Below are positions 38,766 through 51,451 of a stretch of DNA of 64,000 bases, one piece after another (position 1 is the stretch's first letter; every line of letters starts with the position of its first letter). The notes under the pieces are model-generated. The model searched no databases, was not told the DNA's origin, and was given only the letters and a program-made list of their open reading frames with translations. Source of the stretch: Minisyncoccota bacterium. GTDB lineage: Bacteria; Patescibacteriota; Minisyncoccia; Phycocordibacterales; Phycocordibacteraceae. Both the position numbers and the translations under genes were made by a program. The stretch lies in the NCBI GenBank assembly GCA_036399335.1, contig DASWNF010000014.1, positions 209,642-273,641 on the forward strand, read 5' to 3'.

Positions 38766-39482
38766 GTGGCCATTTCTCCAGGCATTCCGACCTCGTTCGT
38801 GCCGCGACAGCCGTCGCAGGATACGAAACGCTCCCGCGCAACCGGGCACAACCTCTTCCTCGTGGTCGCCCTCTTCGTTGCCGGCCTCGCCGTCATCGCT
38901 GCCGTAGGTACCTATGCGTATGACAAGTACCTCACTCACGTCCTTGAATCGAAGGCCGAGGCACTCGCACTCGCGCAGCGGGAAGTGAACGTCGAACAGG
39001 TCGAAGGCTTTGTCCGCCTGCGCGATCGCCTCGTCGTTGGCCAGGATCTTCTCGAAAACCATATGGCGCTTTCCCAGGTATTCGACGTACTTGAGTCCCG
39101 CACGCTCGGGACGGTACGTTTCTCCACGCTTGAGCTCGTCGTCGCAGACGACCACACGGCGCGCATCGACATAGACGGTACGGCGCGCAACTTCAACGCA
39201 CTCGCAGCCCAAAGCAATGCCTTTGCCGCAGAGAAGGGTATCCGCCGCGCTATCTTCTCAAATATTGTCGTAAACAAGGACAATACGGTCCGCTTCCGGC
39301 TGACCGCCGACCTTGATCCGCGCCTCCTCGTACTTACGGGCACCGACTTGCCGGCAGGCGGCACGCTCATGGTACCGGCCGTGGCCCCTGCGCCCTCAAC
39401 CGGTACTGCCGCACCGGCAGCTACGACGACGGCGACGGGAACTCCGGCCCTGCAGCCCGCCACACCCCAAACTTCGCTATGA
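38766..39482 (+). CDS. pilN: PilN-like pilus assembly protein
   Basis: N-terminal TM then coiled coil, position between pilM and pilO. Confidence 0.5.
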   Translation: MAISPGIPTSFVPRQPSQDTKRSRATGHNLFLVVALFVAGLAVIAAVGTYAYDKYLTHVLESKAEALALAQREVNVEQVEGFVRLRDRLVVGQDLLENHMALSQVFDVLESRTLGTVRFSTLELVVADDHTARIDIDGTARNFNALAAQSNAFAAEKGIRRAIFSNIVVNKDNTVRFRLTADLDPRLLVLTGTDLPAGGTLMVPAVAPAPSTGTAAPAATTTATGTPALQPATPQTSL

Positions 39483-40033
39483 TTTCCCGACTTTTCCCCG
39501 CAGTTTCTCTCATAATCGCCATCGGCCTCTTCTTCGGGTACATCAACCCGACGCGTACCGGCTCCATCGCGGAGACCCAAGCCCAGATAGATAGCTATGA
39601 CAGCGCGCTTCTCGCCGCAGAGCGCTTCAAGGAGAAGGAAGGGGAGCTTATCGTCGAGCGCGCGAACATCCCCTCGGACGGGCTCGCGCGCCTCGAGGCG
39701 TTCTTGCCGGACGGCGTCGATAACGTGCAGATCATCCTCGATCTGAATACCCTTGCCGCGCGCTCGGGCATGAAGCTTTCGGACTTCGATACGGCTACGC
39801 CGAGTGACGCCGTCACGACCGGAGACCCGGCCTTCTCGCTTGAGAGCGCTGGCCCCGTCGAGTCGCTCGACATCACCGTATCGGCTACGGGTACGTATGA
39901 GTCCTTCCGCACCTTCCTCGACGGCATTGAGCGGAGCCTCCGCATCCTCGATGTCGTCAGTGTCGAGGTCACGGATTCGGCGACCGGCGTGTACACCTAC
40001 ACGATGACCGTGCGCCTTTACTGGCTCCGCTAA
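39479..40033 (+). CDS. pilO: PilO-like pilus assembly protein
   Basis: N-terminal TM, coiled coil, C-terminal beta domain; overlaps pilN stop. Confidence 0.5.
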   Translation: MISRLFPAVSLIIAIGLFFGYINPTRTGSIAETQAQIDSYDSALLAAERFKEKEGELIVERANIPSDGLARLEAFLPDGVDNVQIILDLNTLAARSGMKLSDFDTATPSDAVTTGDPAFSLESAGPVESLDITVSATGTYESFRTFLDGIERSLRILDVVSVEVTDSATGVYTYTMTVRLYWLR

Positions 40034-40335
40034 TGCTTATGCACTTTTCACGCAAGAACATCCTCACGTTCCTCGCCGCGGCAATCGTGCTCGCGGGAGG
40101 TTTCTATTACTTCTTCTTCATCGCCGCACCAAGCGAAGATACGGTGCTTTCGGACGGCGCACCAGCGAGCGAAGCCGAAGTGTCCTTCATCGCGCTCGTC
40201 GGCAAGCTCGACCCGATTGAATTCGACACGCGCATCCTTTCCGACCCGCGCTTCATGACGCTCGTCGACATCCGCACTGAAGTCGTCGCCGAGCCGGTCG
40301 GCCGTACGGATCCGTTCGGTCCTCTCGGACGGTAG
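40033..40335 (+). CDS. small membrane-anchored protein (PilP-like?)
   Basis: TM then short periplasmic segment; stop/start overlap with pilO. Confidence 0.35.
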   Translation: MLMHFSRKNILTFLAAAIVLAGGFYYFFFIAAPSEDTVLSDGAPASEAEVSFIALVGKLDPIEFDTRILSDPRFMTLVDIRTEVVAEPVGRTDPFGPLGR

Positions 40336-40352
40336 CACTCCGGCTTTTCCCC

Positions 40353-40394
40353 CACACGACAAAGGCGCTCCTAGAGGAGCGCCTTTGTCGTGTG
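40353..40394. other. 19-bp perfect inverted repeat cacacgacaaaggcgctcc-taga-ggagcgcctttgtcgtgtg
   Basis: seen directly between small gene and pilB. Confidence 0.8.
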
Positions 40395-40453
40395 CGATAA
40401 TAAGATGAGTTATGGCAGGGATTTACCCATTACGGCGCGACGCACGATAGCGC

Positions 40454-42190
40454 ATGAACATACTCGGACTCCTTACGGAATCGGGCGCGCTCACGGCTGA
40501 CGAGGCGAAAGCCATCGCGACGGAAGCGCGTTCAACGAATGCGCCGGTTGAGACGCTGCTCGAGAAGCGCGGCATTAATGTCGTGGACACCTTGAAGCGT
40601 GCGAGCGAACGGTACGGCATCCCCGTACGCACGCTCGCCGAAGGGAAGGTAGGGAAGGAGGCCCTAGAATACATTCCCGAGGAGTCCGCCCGCCACTACG
40701 GCTTCGTGCCGATCGGCGTTGAAGACGGCGCACTCGCCGTCGGCGTTACGGATCCGGACAACATCGAGGCGCTCGATGCGCTCCAGTTCATCTCAAGCCG
40801 CGTCGGCCTCCCGTATAAGGTCTTCCTCATCAGTTCCTTGGACTTCGCGAAAGTACTTGAAGAATACGGCAGCCTGACCGAGAAAGTGAGTGAGGCCCTT
40901 TCCGAGCTTGAGCCCGTACGTGAAGCGGATACGCGCTCACGGAAGGATGAGGCCATTGATACGGTCATCAAGGAGGACGCACCGGTTACGAAGATCGTCT
41001 CGACGATACTCCGGTACGCGGTTGAAGGCGGGGCGTCCGACGTCCATGTTGAGCCGTCTCCTGAGAAGACCCACGTGCGCTTCCGTATGGATGGCGAACT
41101 CCATACCTCGCTTGAGCTTCCGGGCAAGGTGCATCCGGCCGTCGTCGCGCGCATCAAGATCCTCTCCCAGATGCGCCTCGATGAGAAACGTAAGCCGCAG
41201 GACGGCCGCTTCTCGGCTACGGTAGAAAAGCGCCGCATCGACTTCCGCGTGTCCACGTTCCCGACCCAGTTCGGCGAGAAGGTCGTCATGCGTATCCTCG
41301 ACCGCTCAAAGTCGCTTGCGACTATCGAAACCCTCGGCTTCTCCAAGCGCGATGCCGCAACCATCCGTGAAATCATCGACCGGCCGTACGGCATCGTACT
41401 TATCTCGGGGCCGACCGGATCGGGTAAGTCGACGACCCTCTTCGCCATGCTTTCGGCGCTCGACCGCGAGGCGTATAACGTCGTGTCCGTGGAGGATCCG
41501 GTCGAGTACGAGGTCCCTGGCGTGTCGCAGTCGCAGGTGCACCCGGAAATCGGCTACACCTTCGCGGCGGGCCTCCGTTCCATCCTGCGCCAGGACCCGG
41601 ACATCATCATGGTGGGTGAGATCCGCGATAAGGAGACCGCGCAGCTCGCCATCCAGGCCGCGCTAACGGGTCACCTCGTCTTCTCGACCATCCACACCAA
41701 TACGGCTGCAGGCGTCATCCCACGCCTCGTCGATATGGGCGTCGACCCGTACCTCATTGCGCCGACGCTCATCGCGGCCATCGGCCAGCGGCTCGTCCGC
41801 CGCCTCTGCCCGGGAGCAGGCAAGGAAATGCCCGTGTCCGACAGCATCAAGATCATGCTCGACAAGGAATTTAGCGACCTGCCCCAGGAAGCACGCGACA
41901 CCCTTCCCGAGTTCAAGTCGTTCTATGAAGCTGCGCCGACCCCTGAGTGCCCGAACGGCACGCGCGGGCGTATGGCCGTTTTTGAGATATTGAAGATGGA
42001 TAAGGACCTCGAAAAGGTGATCCTAAAGGATGCCATTGAGGAGCATGTCTATGATGCCGCTCGTGCAAAAGGCATGATGACGATGCGCGAGGATGCTATC
42101 ATTAAGGCACTGGCTGGGGAGATCCCGTTCTCGGAAGTGAGCACCCTCGGCGGGGCGCTCCTCACCGAAGACGAGACTCCGGCCGCATAA
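40454..42190 (+). CDS. pilB: type IV pilus assembly ATPase PilB/GspE
   Basis: N-terminal GSPII_E_N-like domain, Walker A GPTGSGKSTT, Asp box, His box, tetracysteine-like C region. Confidence 0.85.
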   Translation: MNILGLLTESGALTADEAKAIATEARSTNAPVETLLEKRGINVVDTLKRASERYGIPVRTLAEGKVGKEALEYIPEESARHYGFVPIGVEDGALAVGVTDPDNIEALDALQFISSRVGLPYKVFLISSLDFAKVLEEYGSLTEKVSEALSELEPVREADTRSRKDEAIDTVIKEDAPVTKIVSTILRYAVEGGASDVHVEPSPEKTHVRFRMDGELHTSLELPGKVHPAVVARIKILSQMRLDEKRKPQDGRFSATVEKRRIDFRVSTFPTQFGEKVVMRILDRSKSLATIETLGFSKRDAATIREIIDRPYGIVLISGPTGSGKSTTLFAMLSALDREAYNVVSVEDPVEYEVPGVSQSQVHPEIGYTFAAGLRSILRQDPDIIMVGEIRDKETAQLAIQAALTGHLVFSTIHTNTAAGVIPRLVDMGVDPYLIAPTLIAAIGQRLVRRLCPGAGKEMPVSDSIKIMLDKEFSDLPQEARDTLPEFKSFYEAAPTPECPNGTRGRMAVFEILKMDKDLEKVILKDAIEEHVYDAARAKGMMTMREDAIIKALAGEIPFSEVSTLGGALLTEDETPAA

Positions 42191-42199
42191 CCATCCCCT

Positions 42200-42580
42200 A
42201 TGCCCGCACCCTATCGCATCTACCTCGTCGACGACGACCGGTTCCTCCTCGACATGTATGCCGTGAAGTTCCGGAACGCCGGCCATGACGTTACCGCCTT
42301 CCAGGGAGGGGAACTCGCGCTTGAGGCCCTTCGCACGGATCCGAAGCCGAACGCCCTCCTCCTCGACATCGTCATGCCCGGCATCGACGGCTTCGAAGTG
42401 CTCGAGACGATAAAGAAAGAGAACCTGGCCGAGGGCGTGAAAATCGTCGTCCTTTCTAACCAGGGCGCCGAAGCCGACCTTGAGCGCGCAACGGCGCTCG
42501 GCGCGGCAGGCTATATCATCAAGGCTTCGGCCATCCCGTCCGAGGTGTACGCGGAGACGATAAAGATAATCGAGCAATAG
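42200..42580 (+). CDS. CheY-like response regulator receiver protein
   Basis: YLVDDD...LLDIVMPGIDGFEVL...IKAS receiver-domain residues. Confidence 0.75.
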   Translation: MPAPYRIYLVDDDRFLLDMYAVKFRNAGHDVTAFQGGELALEALRTDPKPNALLLDIVMPGIDGFEVLETIKKENLAEGVKIVVLSNQGAEADLERATALGAAGYIIKASAIPSEVYAETIKIIEQ

Positions 42581-42581
42581 C

Positions 42582-43649
42582 ATGGCGTCCGACCCCAAGG
42601 CACTCATCAGCACCCTCCTCGATACCGTCGTATCCGAAGGCGGTTCCGACCTCCATCTTTCCGTAGGCCATAACCCGATCATCCGCGTCGCAAGCTCCCT
42701 CGTGCCGCTTCTCCAGCACCCCTTGCTTGAGCCGTCCGATACCGAAGCCATCCTCAAGCATCTTCTTCCCGCAGACCGCTGGGCGACTTTCGAGCGCGAC
42801 CAGTCGGTCGACTTTTCATTCGCGCATACGGCGCAGGCGCGCTTCCGCATTAACGGTTACGTCGTCCAGGGCGGGGTAACGCTCGCGACGCGCCTCATCC
42901 CGCATGAGACGCGTACGTTCGCCTCCCTTAACTTGCCGCCTATCCTCGAGGTGTTTACCCAGCGGCAGCAGGGATTCTTCCTCGTCGTAGGGCCGGTGGG
43001 GCAGGGGAAGTCGACGACGCTTGCCGCGCTCATCGACCGCATCAACGAGACGCGCGCCGAGCACATCGTCACGATTGAGGATCCGGTCGAGTACCTCTTC
43101 GACCCCAAAAAGTCCCTCATCCACCAGCGCGAGGTGCACATCGACGCGCCATCCTTTGCCGCCGCGCTTACGGCTGCATTCCGTGAAGACGTAAACGTCA
43201 TCATGGTGGGAGAGATGCGCGACCAGGAGACCATCTCTTCGGCCGTCACGGCCGCCGAGACGGGCCACCTCGTCCTTTCGACCCTACATACCAACAATGC
43301 CGCGCAGACGATCGACCGCATCATCGACATGTTCCCGTCGAGCCAGCAGGCGCAGGTGCGCGTGCAGCTTGCGGGTTCGCTCGCCGGCATCTTCTCCCAG
43401 CGTCTCGTACCCCGCATCTCGGGCGGGCTCATCCCGGCCTACGAATTGCTTATCAATAACAGCGCGGTCTCGAACCTCATCCGCGAAGGCCGTACGCACG
43501 AGATAACGACCGTCATCCAGACTTCGTCCCAAGAGGGCATGATCGACATGGACCGTTCGCTTGCCGAGCTCGTGCGCCGCGGCGAGGTGACGATCGAACA
43601 CGCGTATTCGCGCGCGCTCGACCCGAAGACCTTCGAGCGCTACCTCTAA
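42582..43649 (+). CDS. pilT: twitching motility ATPase PilT
   Basis: Walker A GPVGQGKSTT, GEMRD, PilT-type C-terminus. Confidence 0.85.
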   Translation: MASDPKALISTLLDTVVSEGGSDLHLSVGHNPIIRVASSLVPLLQHPLLEPSDTEAILKHLLPADRWATFERDQSVDFSFAHTAQARFRINGYVVQGGVTLATRLIPHETRTFASLNLPPILEVFTQRQQGFFLVVGPVGQGKSTTLAALIDRINETRAEHIVTIEDPVEYLFDPKKSLIHQREVHIDAPSFAAALTAAFREDVNVIMVGEMRDQETISSAVTAAETGHLVLSTLHTNNAAQTIDRIIDMFPSSQQAQVRVQLAGSLAGIFSQRLVPRISGGLIPAYELLINNSAVSNLIREGRTHEITTVIQTSSQEGMIDMDRSLAELVRRGEVTIEHAYSRALDPKTFERYL

Positions 43650-43652
43650 CGT

Positions 43653-44861
43653 ATGCTTTTCAATTACCGCGCACTCGACAGGGACGGCCATGAACGCACC
43701 GGTACCGTCGAGGCCCTGAACCTTGATGTCGCCGTATCGACGCTCCAGCGTCGCAGCCTCATCGTCTCGTCGATTGACCCGGCGGCAGAGAAGTCGCTCC
43801 TCCAGAAGGACATTGCGCTCTTCAAGCGCGTGAGCAACCGCGATGTCGTCATCCTCTCGCGCCAGATTGCCACGCTGTTCGAGGCGCAGGTATCGGCGCT
43901 CCGCATCTTCCGCCTCCTCGCAGCTGAAGTTGAGAACAAGTACCTCTCCGAAATCCTCACCCAGCTCGCCGACGACCTGCAGGGAGGAAGCCCGATCTCA
44001 AAGGCCATGGCGCGGCACCCGAAGGTATTCTCGAACTTTTACGTAAACATGGTCCATGCGGGCGAAGAGTCAGGAAAGCTCTCCGAGACCTTCGGGTACC
44101 TTGCCGACTACCTCGACCGCACGTACGAGGTGCAGAGCAAGGCGCAGAACGCACTCATCTACCCGGCGTTCGTCATCGGCGTCTTCGTCATCGTCATGGC
44201 ACTCATGCTGACGATGGTCATCCCGCGCATCAGTACGATCCTGATCGAGTCAGGGCAGGAGATACCGCTCTACACGAAGATCGTCATCGGGATCTCGAAC
44301 TTCCTCGTCAACTACGGCTTCTTCATCCTTATCGCCATGGTCGTGGCCGCGGTCTTCGGGTATCGCGCGCTTGAGACGCCGGCGGGTAAGCTCTTCTTCG
44401 ATAGCTTCAAGCTCGATATCCCGTACCTCGGGGACCTCTACCAGAAGCTCTATCTCTCGCGCATTGCCGATAACTTCTCGACCATGCTCGTCTCGGGCGT
44501 GCCGGTCGTCGAAGCCGTGGAAATTACGGCGTCGGTCGTGGGAAGCGCGACGTACGAGCGCGTGCTCCGGGAGACGGGAGAAGCCGTGAAAGGCGGTTCT
44601 AATATCGCAGACGCCCTCGGCCAGCATCCTGAAATCCCGGGCATCATGACGGCCATGGTGCGCGTGGGGGAGGAGACGGGCGAGCTCGGCAACATCCTCA
44701 CGACACTTGCGAAGTTCTATCGCCGCGAAGTGACGACGGCCGTCGACACGCTTGTCGACCTCATCGAACCGCTCATGATCGTGCTCCTCGGCCTCGGCGT
44801 CGGTACACTCCTCGCTTCCGTGCTCATCCCGATTTACAACCTAGCCGGCAGCATTTCGTAG
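43653..44861 (+). CDS. pilC: type IV pilus platform protein PilC/GspF
   Basis: two GspF repeats, 3 TM, 402 aa. Confidence 0.8.
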   Translation: MLFNYRALDRDGHERTGTVEALNLDVAVSTLQRRSLIVSSIDPAAEKSLLQKDIALFKRVSNRDVVILSRQIATLFEAQVSALRIFRLLAAEVENKYLSEILTQLADDLQGGSPISKAMARHPKVFSNFYVNMVHAGEESGKLSETFGYLADYLDRTYEVQSKAQNALIYPAFVIGVFVIVMALMLTMVIPRISTILIESGQEIPLYTKIVIGISNFLVNYGFFILIAMVVAAVFGYRALETPAGKLFFDSFKLDIPYLGDLYQKLYLSRIADNFSTMLVSGVPVVEAVEITASVVGSATYERVLRETGEAVKGGSNIADALGQHPEIPGIMTAMVRVGEETGELGNILTTLAKFYRREVTTAVDTLVDLIEPLMIVLLGLGVGTLLASVLIPIYNLAGSIS

Positions 44862-44963
44862 GATCCGTAAAGGGGCTATCCACACCGTGCACCAATCTAC
44901 GGCCGCGCTCGCGTACAATATAGGGAGCGGAGATTAATCACCCGCATCGACATTCTTAATTCT

Positions 44964-45416
44964 ATGAAATTTGCATCATCATCGGTCCGACGCGGCTTTA
45001 CGCTCATTGAGCTCCTCGTCGTGATCGCTATCATCGGTATCCTCTCGTCGGTCGTGCTCGCCTCCCTCAACACCGCACGTAACAAGGGTGCAGATGCGGC
45101 CATCAAGTCGAACCTCGCCAATGCCCGCCCAGAAGCTGAGATCTTCTACGATACGGGAAGCACCTACACGGGCGTTTGCGGGACGGCTGCCAACGCCATC
45201 GGCGACAACGTCGATGCGGCTGGCCTCGCCGGCGGCAGCGCCACGGGCGATATCTGTAACGTCGCTTCTGACGGTTCGGCATGGGCTGCAGCAGCGCCGC
45301 TCAAGGTGCAGAACCAGTTCGGCACTTCATCAGCAGGTGACTACTACTGTGTCGACTCAAAGGGCACGGCAAAAGTCATTGACGCTACCCTCGCCTCCGC
45401 AACGGCCTGCCCATAG
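44964..45416 (+). CDS. type IV pilin (prepilin)
   Basis: class III signal RRGFTLIELLVVIAIIGIL, C-terminal Cys pair. Confidence 0.8.
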   Translation: MKFASSSVRRGFTLIELLVVIAIIGILSSVVLASLNTARNKGADAAIKSNLANARPEAEIFYDTGSTYTGVCGTAANAIGDNVDAAGLAGGSATGDICNVASDGSAWAAAAPLKVQNQFGTSSAGDYYCVDSKGTAKVIDATLASATACP

Positions 45417-45434
45417 GGTACGCCGTTCGAAACG

Positions 45435-45470
45435 AAAACACGCAGGCCGCTCGGCCTGCGTGTTTTCGTT
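45435..45470 (+). terminator. intrinsic terminator aaaacacgcaggccgctcggcctgcgtgttttcgtttt
   Basis: perfect hairpin + T tract after major pilin gene. Confidence 0.7.
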
Positions 45471-45518
45471 TTCCCCGCGCTGCCAGCCCGCATGCCTGCG
45501 GTCACGTATACTGGAACC

Positions 45519-46073
45519 ATGTCAGCATCTATTCCCCGTGTCCGTGTGCATCGCGCCTTTACGCTCATGGAGCTCCTCGTCGTCATTGCCATCATCGGCG
45601 TGCTTTCGGCGATTGTACTCGCCGCGCTGAACGAATCGCGCAGTAAGGGCCGGGACGCGGCGGTGAAGCAGGCGATGTCCGGCACCCTTGCCCAAGCGGA
45701 AGTATTTTTCCAGCAGAACGGCAACCGGTACGTCGTGAGCCCGACCACGGCAAATACGGATGTTTGCCGGAAGACTGCAGACGGCTCAACGACGAGCGGG
45801 GCACCCGGCGTCTATTACCAAATCAAGAGCGCTGCGGACGCTGTCGGTGCTGCGGCCCCTATCGACTCGAGCACCGTACGCACCCAGGTAGGGAGCCCGA
45901 CGCAGGCCGTATGCCACTCTTGCCCGAATGCGACCGGCTGGGGCTGCAGCCCGGTAAATACCTGGGCCGCTGCCGTGCCGCTCAAGTCGGGCGGGTATTA
46001 CTGCGTCGACAGTAACGGCTACAACGGGTATGTGACGACCCCGCTTGCGTCAGGACAGATGCAATGCACGTAA
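45519..46073 (+). CDS. second type IV pilin
   Basis: RAFTLMELLVVIAIIGVL prepilin N-terminus, C-terminal Cys pairs. Confidence 0.75.
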   Translation: MSASIPRVRVHRAFTLMELLVVIAIIGVLSAIVLAALNESRSKGRDAAVKQAMSGTLAQAEVFFQQNGNRYVVSPTTANTDVCRKTADGSTTSGAPGVYYQIKSAADAVGAAAPIDSSTVRTQVGSPTQAVCHSCPNATGWGCSPVNTWAAAVPLKSGGYYCVDSNGYNGYVTTPLASGQMQCT

Positions 46074-46825
46074 CCGTCATTGTCCTCTTCGCCGTACTCG
46101 GCGCCATGGTCGCGAGTTTCCTCGGCGTCATCAGTGAGCGCGCATATACCGGCCAATCATGGAGCCGCGGCCGCTCGAAGTGCAACTCGTGCCGGGAGAC
46201 CCTAAGCGCTCCTGACCTCATCCCGGTTATATCATGGCTTACGACCCGGGGCACCTGCCGCTACTGTGGTTCGCGCCTCCCGTACGCGTATGTCATTACT
46301 GAAGCGCTCTTCGGCGGATTGTTCGTGGTTGCGTATGCAATGCTCGGCCCAGGCTTCCCGCTCGTTGCCTTTCTCGCGGCGCTATCTGCTCTCGGTTTCA
46401 TCGTCCTTTACGACCTCCGCCATACCCTCGTACCGCCCGTCGCATCATTCATCTTCTTTGCAGCATCCCTGGTCTTCGCCCTATCGCTCCGCCCCGACCA
46501 GTCGTCGCTCGGGCTCACGCTCATGCTCGCCGGGGGGCTGGGCATGGTACTCCTCCTCATCCATGTCTTCTCCTGCGGCCGGGCGATGGGACTCGGTGAT
46601 GCGCCCATTACGTTCTCGCTCGCCCTCCTCGTGGGGCATGCAACCGCCTTTACCGGTTTCCTGTTTTCGTTTTGGATCGGCGCGTTGTTCGGTATCGGCG
46701 TGTTGTTGGCCCGTCGGGGAGGGCCTACAATGGGTATAGAGGTGCCGTTCGTGCCTTTTTTGGCAGCCGGCTTTCTCCTCGCTTATTTCGTACCATGGAA
46801 TCCCTTCCCATTCTTCGGCCTATAG
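46064..46825 (+). CDS. pilD: prepilin peptidase (A24 family) PilD
   Basis: N-terminal Cys-rich Zn-binding CNSC...CRYC, multiple TM, A24 peptidase layout. Confidence 0.75.
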   Translation: MHVTVIVLFAVLGAMVASFLGVISERAYTGQSWSRGRSKCNSCRETLSAPDLIPVISWLTTRGTCRYCGSRLPYAYVITEALFGGLFVVAYAMLGPGFPLVAFLAALSALGFIVLYDLRHTLVPPVASFIFFAASLVFALSLRPDQSSLGLTLMLAGGLGMVLLLIHVFSCGRAMGLGDAPITFSLALLVGHATAFTGFLFSFWIGALFGIGVLLARRGGPTMGIEVPFVPFLAAGFLLAYFVPWNPFPFFGL

Positions 46826-47475
46826 CCCCTAAGCGTACTGCGCTTGCGCGCGGCTTTACCCTGGTCGAGATGGTGGTCGTGCTTGCCATCATCATCGTCA
46901 TTACGGGCGTGGTCATTAACGGGCAGTCCACGTATAACGAATCGCTCATCCTTACGGATACGGCGTATACGGTAGCCTTCTCGGTGCGGCAGGCGCAGTC
47001 GCTCGGTCTCGCAAGCCGCGCGACAAACGTCGGTTCGACGATCGTGTCGAACGCAGGGTATGGGGTGCGCTTTGCGGGCGCGACGGGGTACACCGTCTTT
47101 GCCGATACCGGAGGCCCCACGAGCCTCGGTACTTCCGTGTGCCCGACGGGTGCGGGAGGTACGCCTGAAGAGTCCAAGCCTGGCAACTGCAAGTACGATC
47201 CGGGGACTGACCGCATCGTCTCGACGAATACGTTCAGCCGCCAGTTCACCATCGGCACCCTCTGCGGCAAGGTGAGCGGGGGCGCAACATGTACGCCCGT
47301 TACCTCCATAGATGCCGTCTTCATGCGCCCCGAGACCCGAGCGATACTTACGGGTCCCGCTGGCCAGGTATACTCCTGCATCGAAGTGCACGTGAAAGCG
47401 CCGACGGGGAATGCGACGCGCGTCGTCCGCGTCTCCCAGCTCGGCGAGATATCGGTCGGACAAAGCTGCCCATGA
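46795..47475 (+). CDS. pseudopilin/minor pilin
   Basis: ARGFTLVEMVVVLAIIIVITGVV prepilin-type N-terminus. Confidence 0.65.
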   Translation: MESLPILRPIAPKRTALARGFTLVEMVVVLAIIIVITGVVINGQSTYNESLILTDTAYTVAFSVRQAQSLGLASRATNVGSTIVSNAGYGVRFAGATGYTVFADTGGPTSLGTSVCPTGAGGTPEESKPGNCKYDPGTDRIVSTNTFSRQFTIGTLCGKVSGGATCTPVTSIDAVFMRPETRAILTGPAGQVYSCIEVHVKAPTGNATRVVRVSQLGEISVGQSCP

Positions 47476-48038
47476 TAAAGGACACGACACCGCGCGGGTA
47501 TACCCTCATCGAGCTCATTGTCTCGGTTGCCATCTTCTCCATCGTCATGCTTGTTGCCGGTGCGGCTTTCCTCGCGCTCATCAACCTCGATAGGCAGGCG
47601 CGCGCGACGAACGACGTCGTCACGAACCTTTCGTATGTCGTTGACTCGATGGCGCGTTCGATACGCACGGGCACGGCGTACCGTTGTTCGGGCACGGGGG
47701 ATTGCTGGTCGTCCACCTCTGCGGGGACACAGCTCACCTTTACGGACGCATCCGGGCGTTCGGTGACGTACCGGAGGATAGTTGCCGGCGCGAAGGGTTC
47801 CGTCCAGGAATGCATTACGGGCACGGACGGTACGACTTGCATGGCGCTTACCGACCCGCGCATTAACGTAGAGCGCCTTGATTTTTACGTTCGCGGTACG
47901 GCAACGAAGCGTGCCGGCGACGCGACCCAGCCGACGGTAGTCTTCACCTTGCGCGGAAGCGTGGCGCCGGACGCACGCAGCGCCCCCGTCACCTTTGTTA
48001 TCGAGAGCGGTGCGACCCAACGCCTCATTGACCTATGA
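47472..48038 (+). CDS. pseudopilin/minor pilin
   Basis: RGYTLIELIVSVAIFSIVM; ATGA overlap with upstream stop. Confidence 0.65.
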   Translation: MIKDTTPRGYTLIELIVSVAIFSIVMLVAGAAFLALINLDRQARATNDVVTNLSYVVDSMARSIRTGTAYRCSGTGDCWSSTSAGTQLTFTDASGRSVTYRRIVAGAKGSVQECITGTDGTTCMALTDPRINVERLDFYVRGTATKRAGDATQPTVVFTLRGSVAPDARSAPVTFVIESGATQRLIDL

Positions 48039-48567
48039 TCCATCCGACTAACCACCGCGGCTTTACCCTCGTCGAGACCCTCGTCGCCATTACCATACTT
48101 GTCATGGCTGTCGTCGGGCCCCTCTATGCCGTGCACCGTTCCGTCATCGCCTCATATACGGCGCGTGACGCACTCATCGCGACGGCGCTCGCGCAGGAAG
48201 GTGTTGAGTACATCCGGAGCGTACGCGACACGAACTACCTCTCGGAGCAGGATTGGCTTACGAACTTGTCCCCCTGCGTGGTTAACGGGAGCGAAGGCCC
48301 GTCTGATTACGGCTGCGCCGTCGACCCGAACCCGACCACTCCCGTCATCCAGGCGTGCGCGAGCCAGGGTGGGGGAGGGTGCGCGAAACTCAAACTCGAT
48401 GGGGCTTCGCGGTACCGTATCGGTGCCGGTACCGATACCAGCTTCTCGCGGAAGGTGACCATCACGCCGGTCGGCTCAGGCGGTACTGAAGTGGAGCTTA
48501 CGGTCACGGTCTCGTGGTCGACGCTCCGCATCCCGTACACGGTTACCGTGCGCGAGCACCTCTATAA

Positions 48568-48577
<10 letters not shown>
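48035..48577 (+). CDS. pseudopilin/minor pilin
   Basis: RGFTLVETLVAITILVMAV. Confidence 0.65.
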
Positions 48578-51131
<2,554 letters not shown>

Positions 51132-51156
51132 CGGCCCCTTGTGCTAGCATGACCGC

Positions 51157-51450
51157 ATGGCATCAGTAGAAGACGTAAAGAAGCTTGCCGCGCTCGCGCG
51201 CCTTTCCATACCCGAAGAGACGCTTACGGCGCGTGCGGCAGAATTCGACCGCGTCGTCGCGTACATCGCCCAGCTCGATGAGCTCCATATCAAGTCGGAC
51301 GGCGTGCCGGTAGCGCCCGCGCACCGTAATGTCTTCCGGAAGGACGGCGAACCAACGCCGCCCGGCACGTGGACGGAAAAGCTCGTCGGCATGTTCCCGA
51401 AGCGCGATGGCGACCACCTTTCCGTAAAGAAAATCCTCTCCCAGGACTAA
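51157..51450 (+). CDS. gatC: Asp/Glu-tRNA amidotransferase subunit C
   Basis: VKKLAALARLSIPEETL... GatC N-terminus, 97 aa, immediately upstream of gatA. Confidence 0.8.
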   Translation: MASVEDVKKLAALARLSIPEETLTARAAEFDRVVAYIAQLDELHIKSDGVPVAPAHRNVFRKDGEPTPPGTWTEKLVGMFPKRDGDHLSVKKILSQD

Positions 51451-51451
51451 T

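Noticed and set aside
38730-39212. 160-aa minus-strand ORF opposite pilN
   Set aside because: Overlaps the pilN-like gene whose position and TM/coiled-coil architecture fit the pilMNO operon; no motifs.
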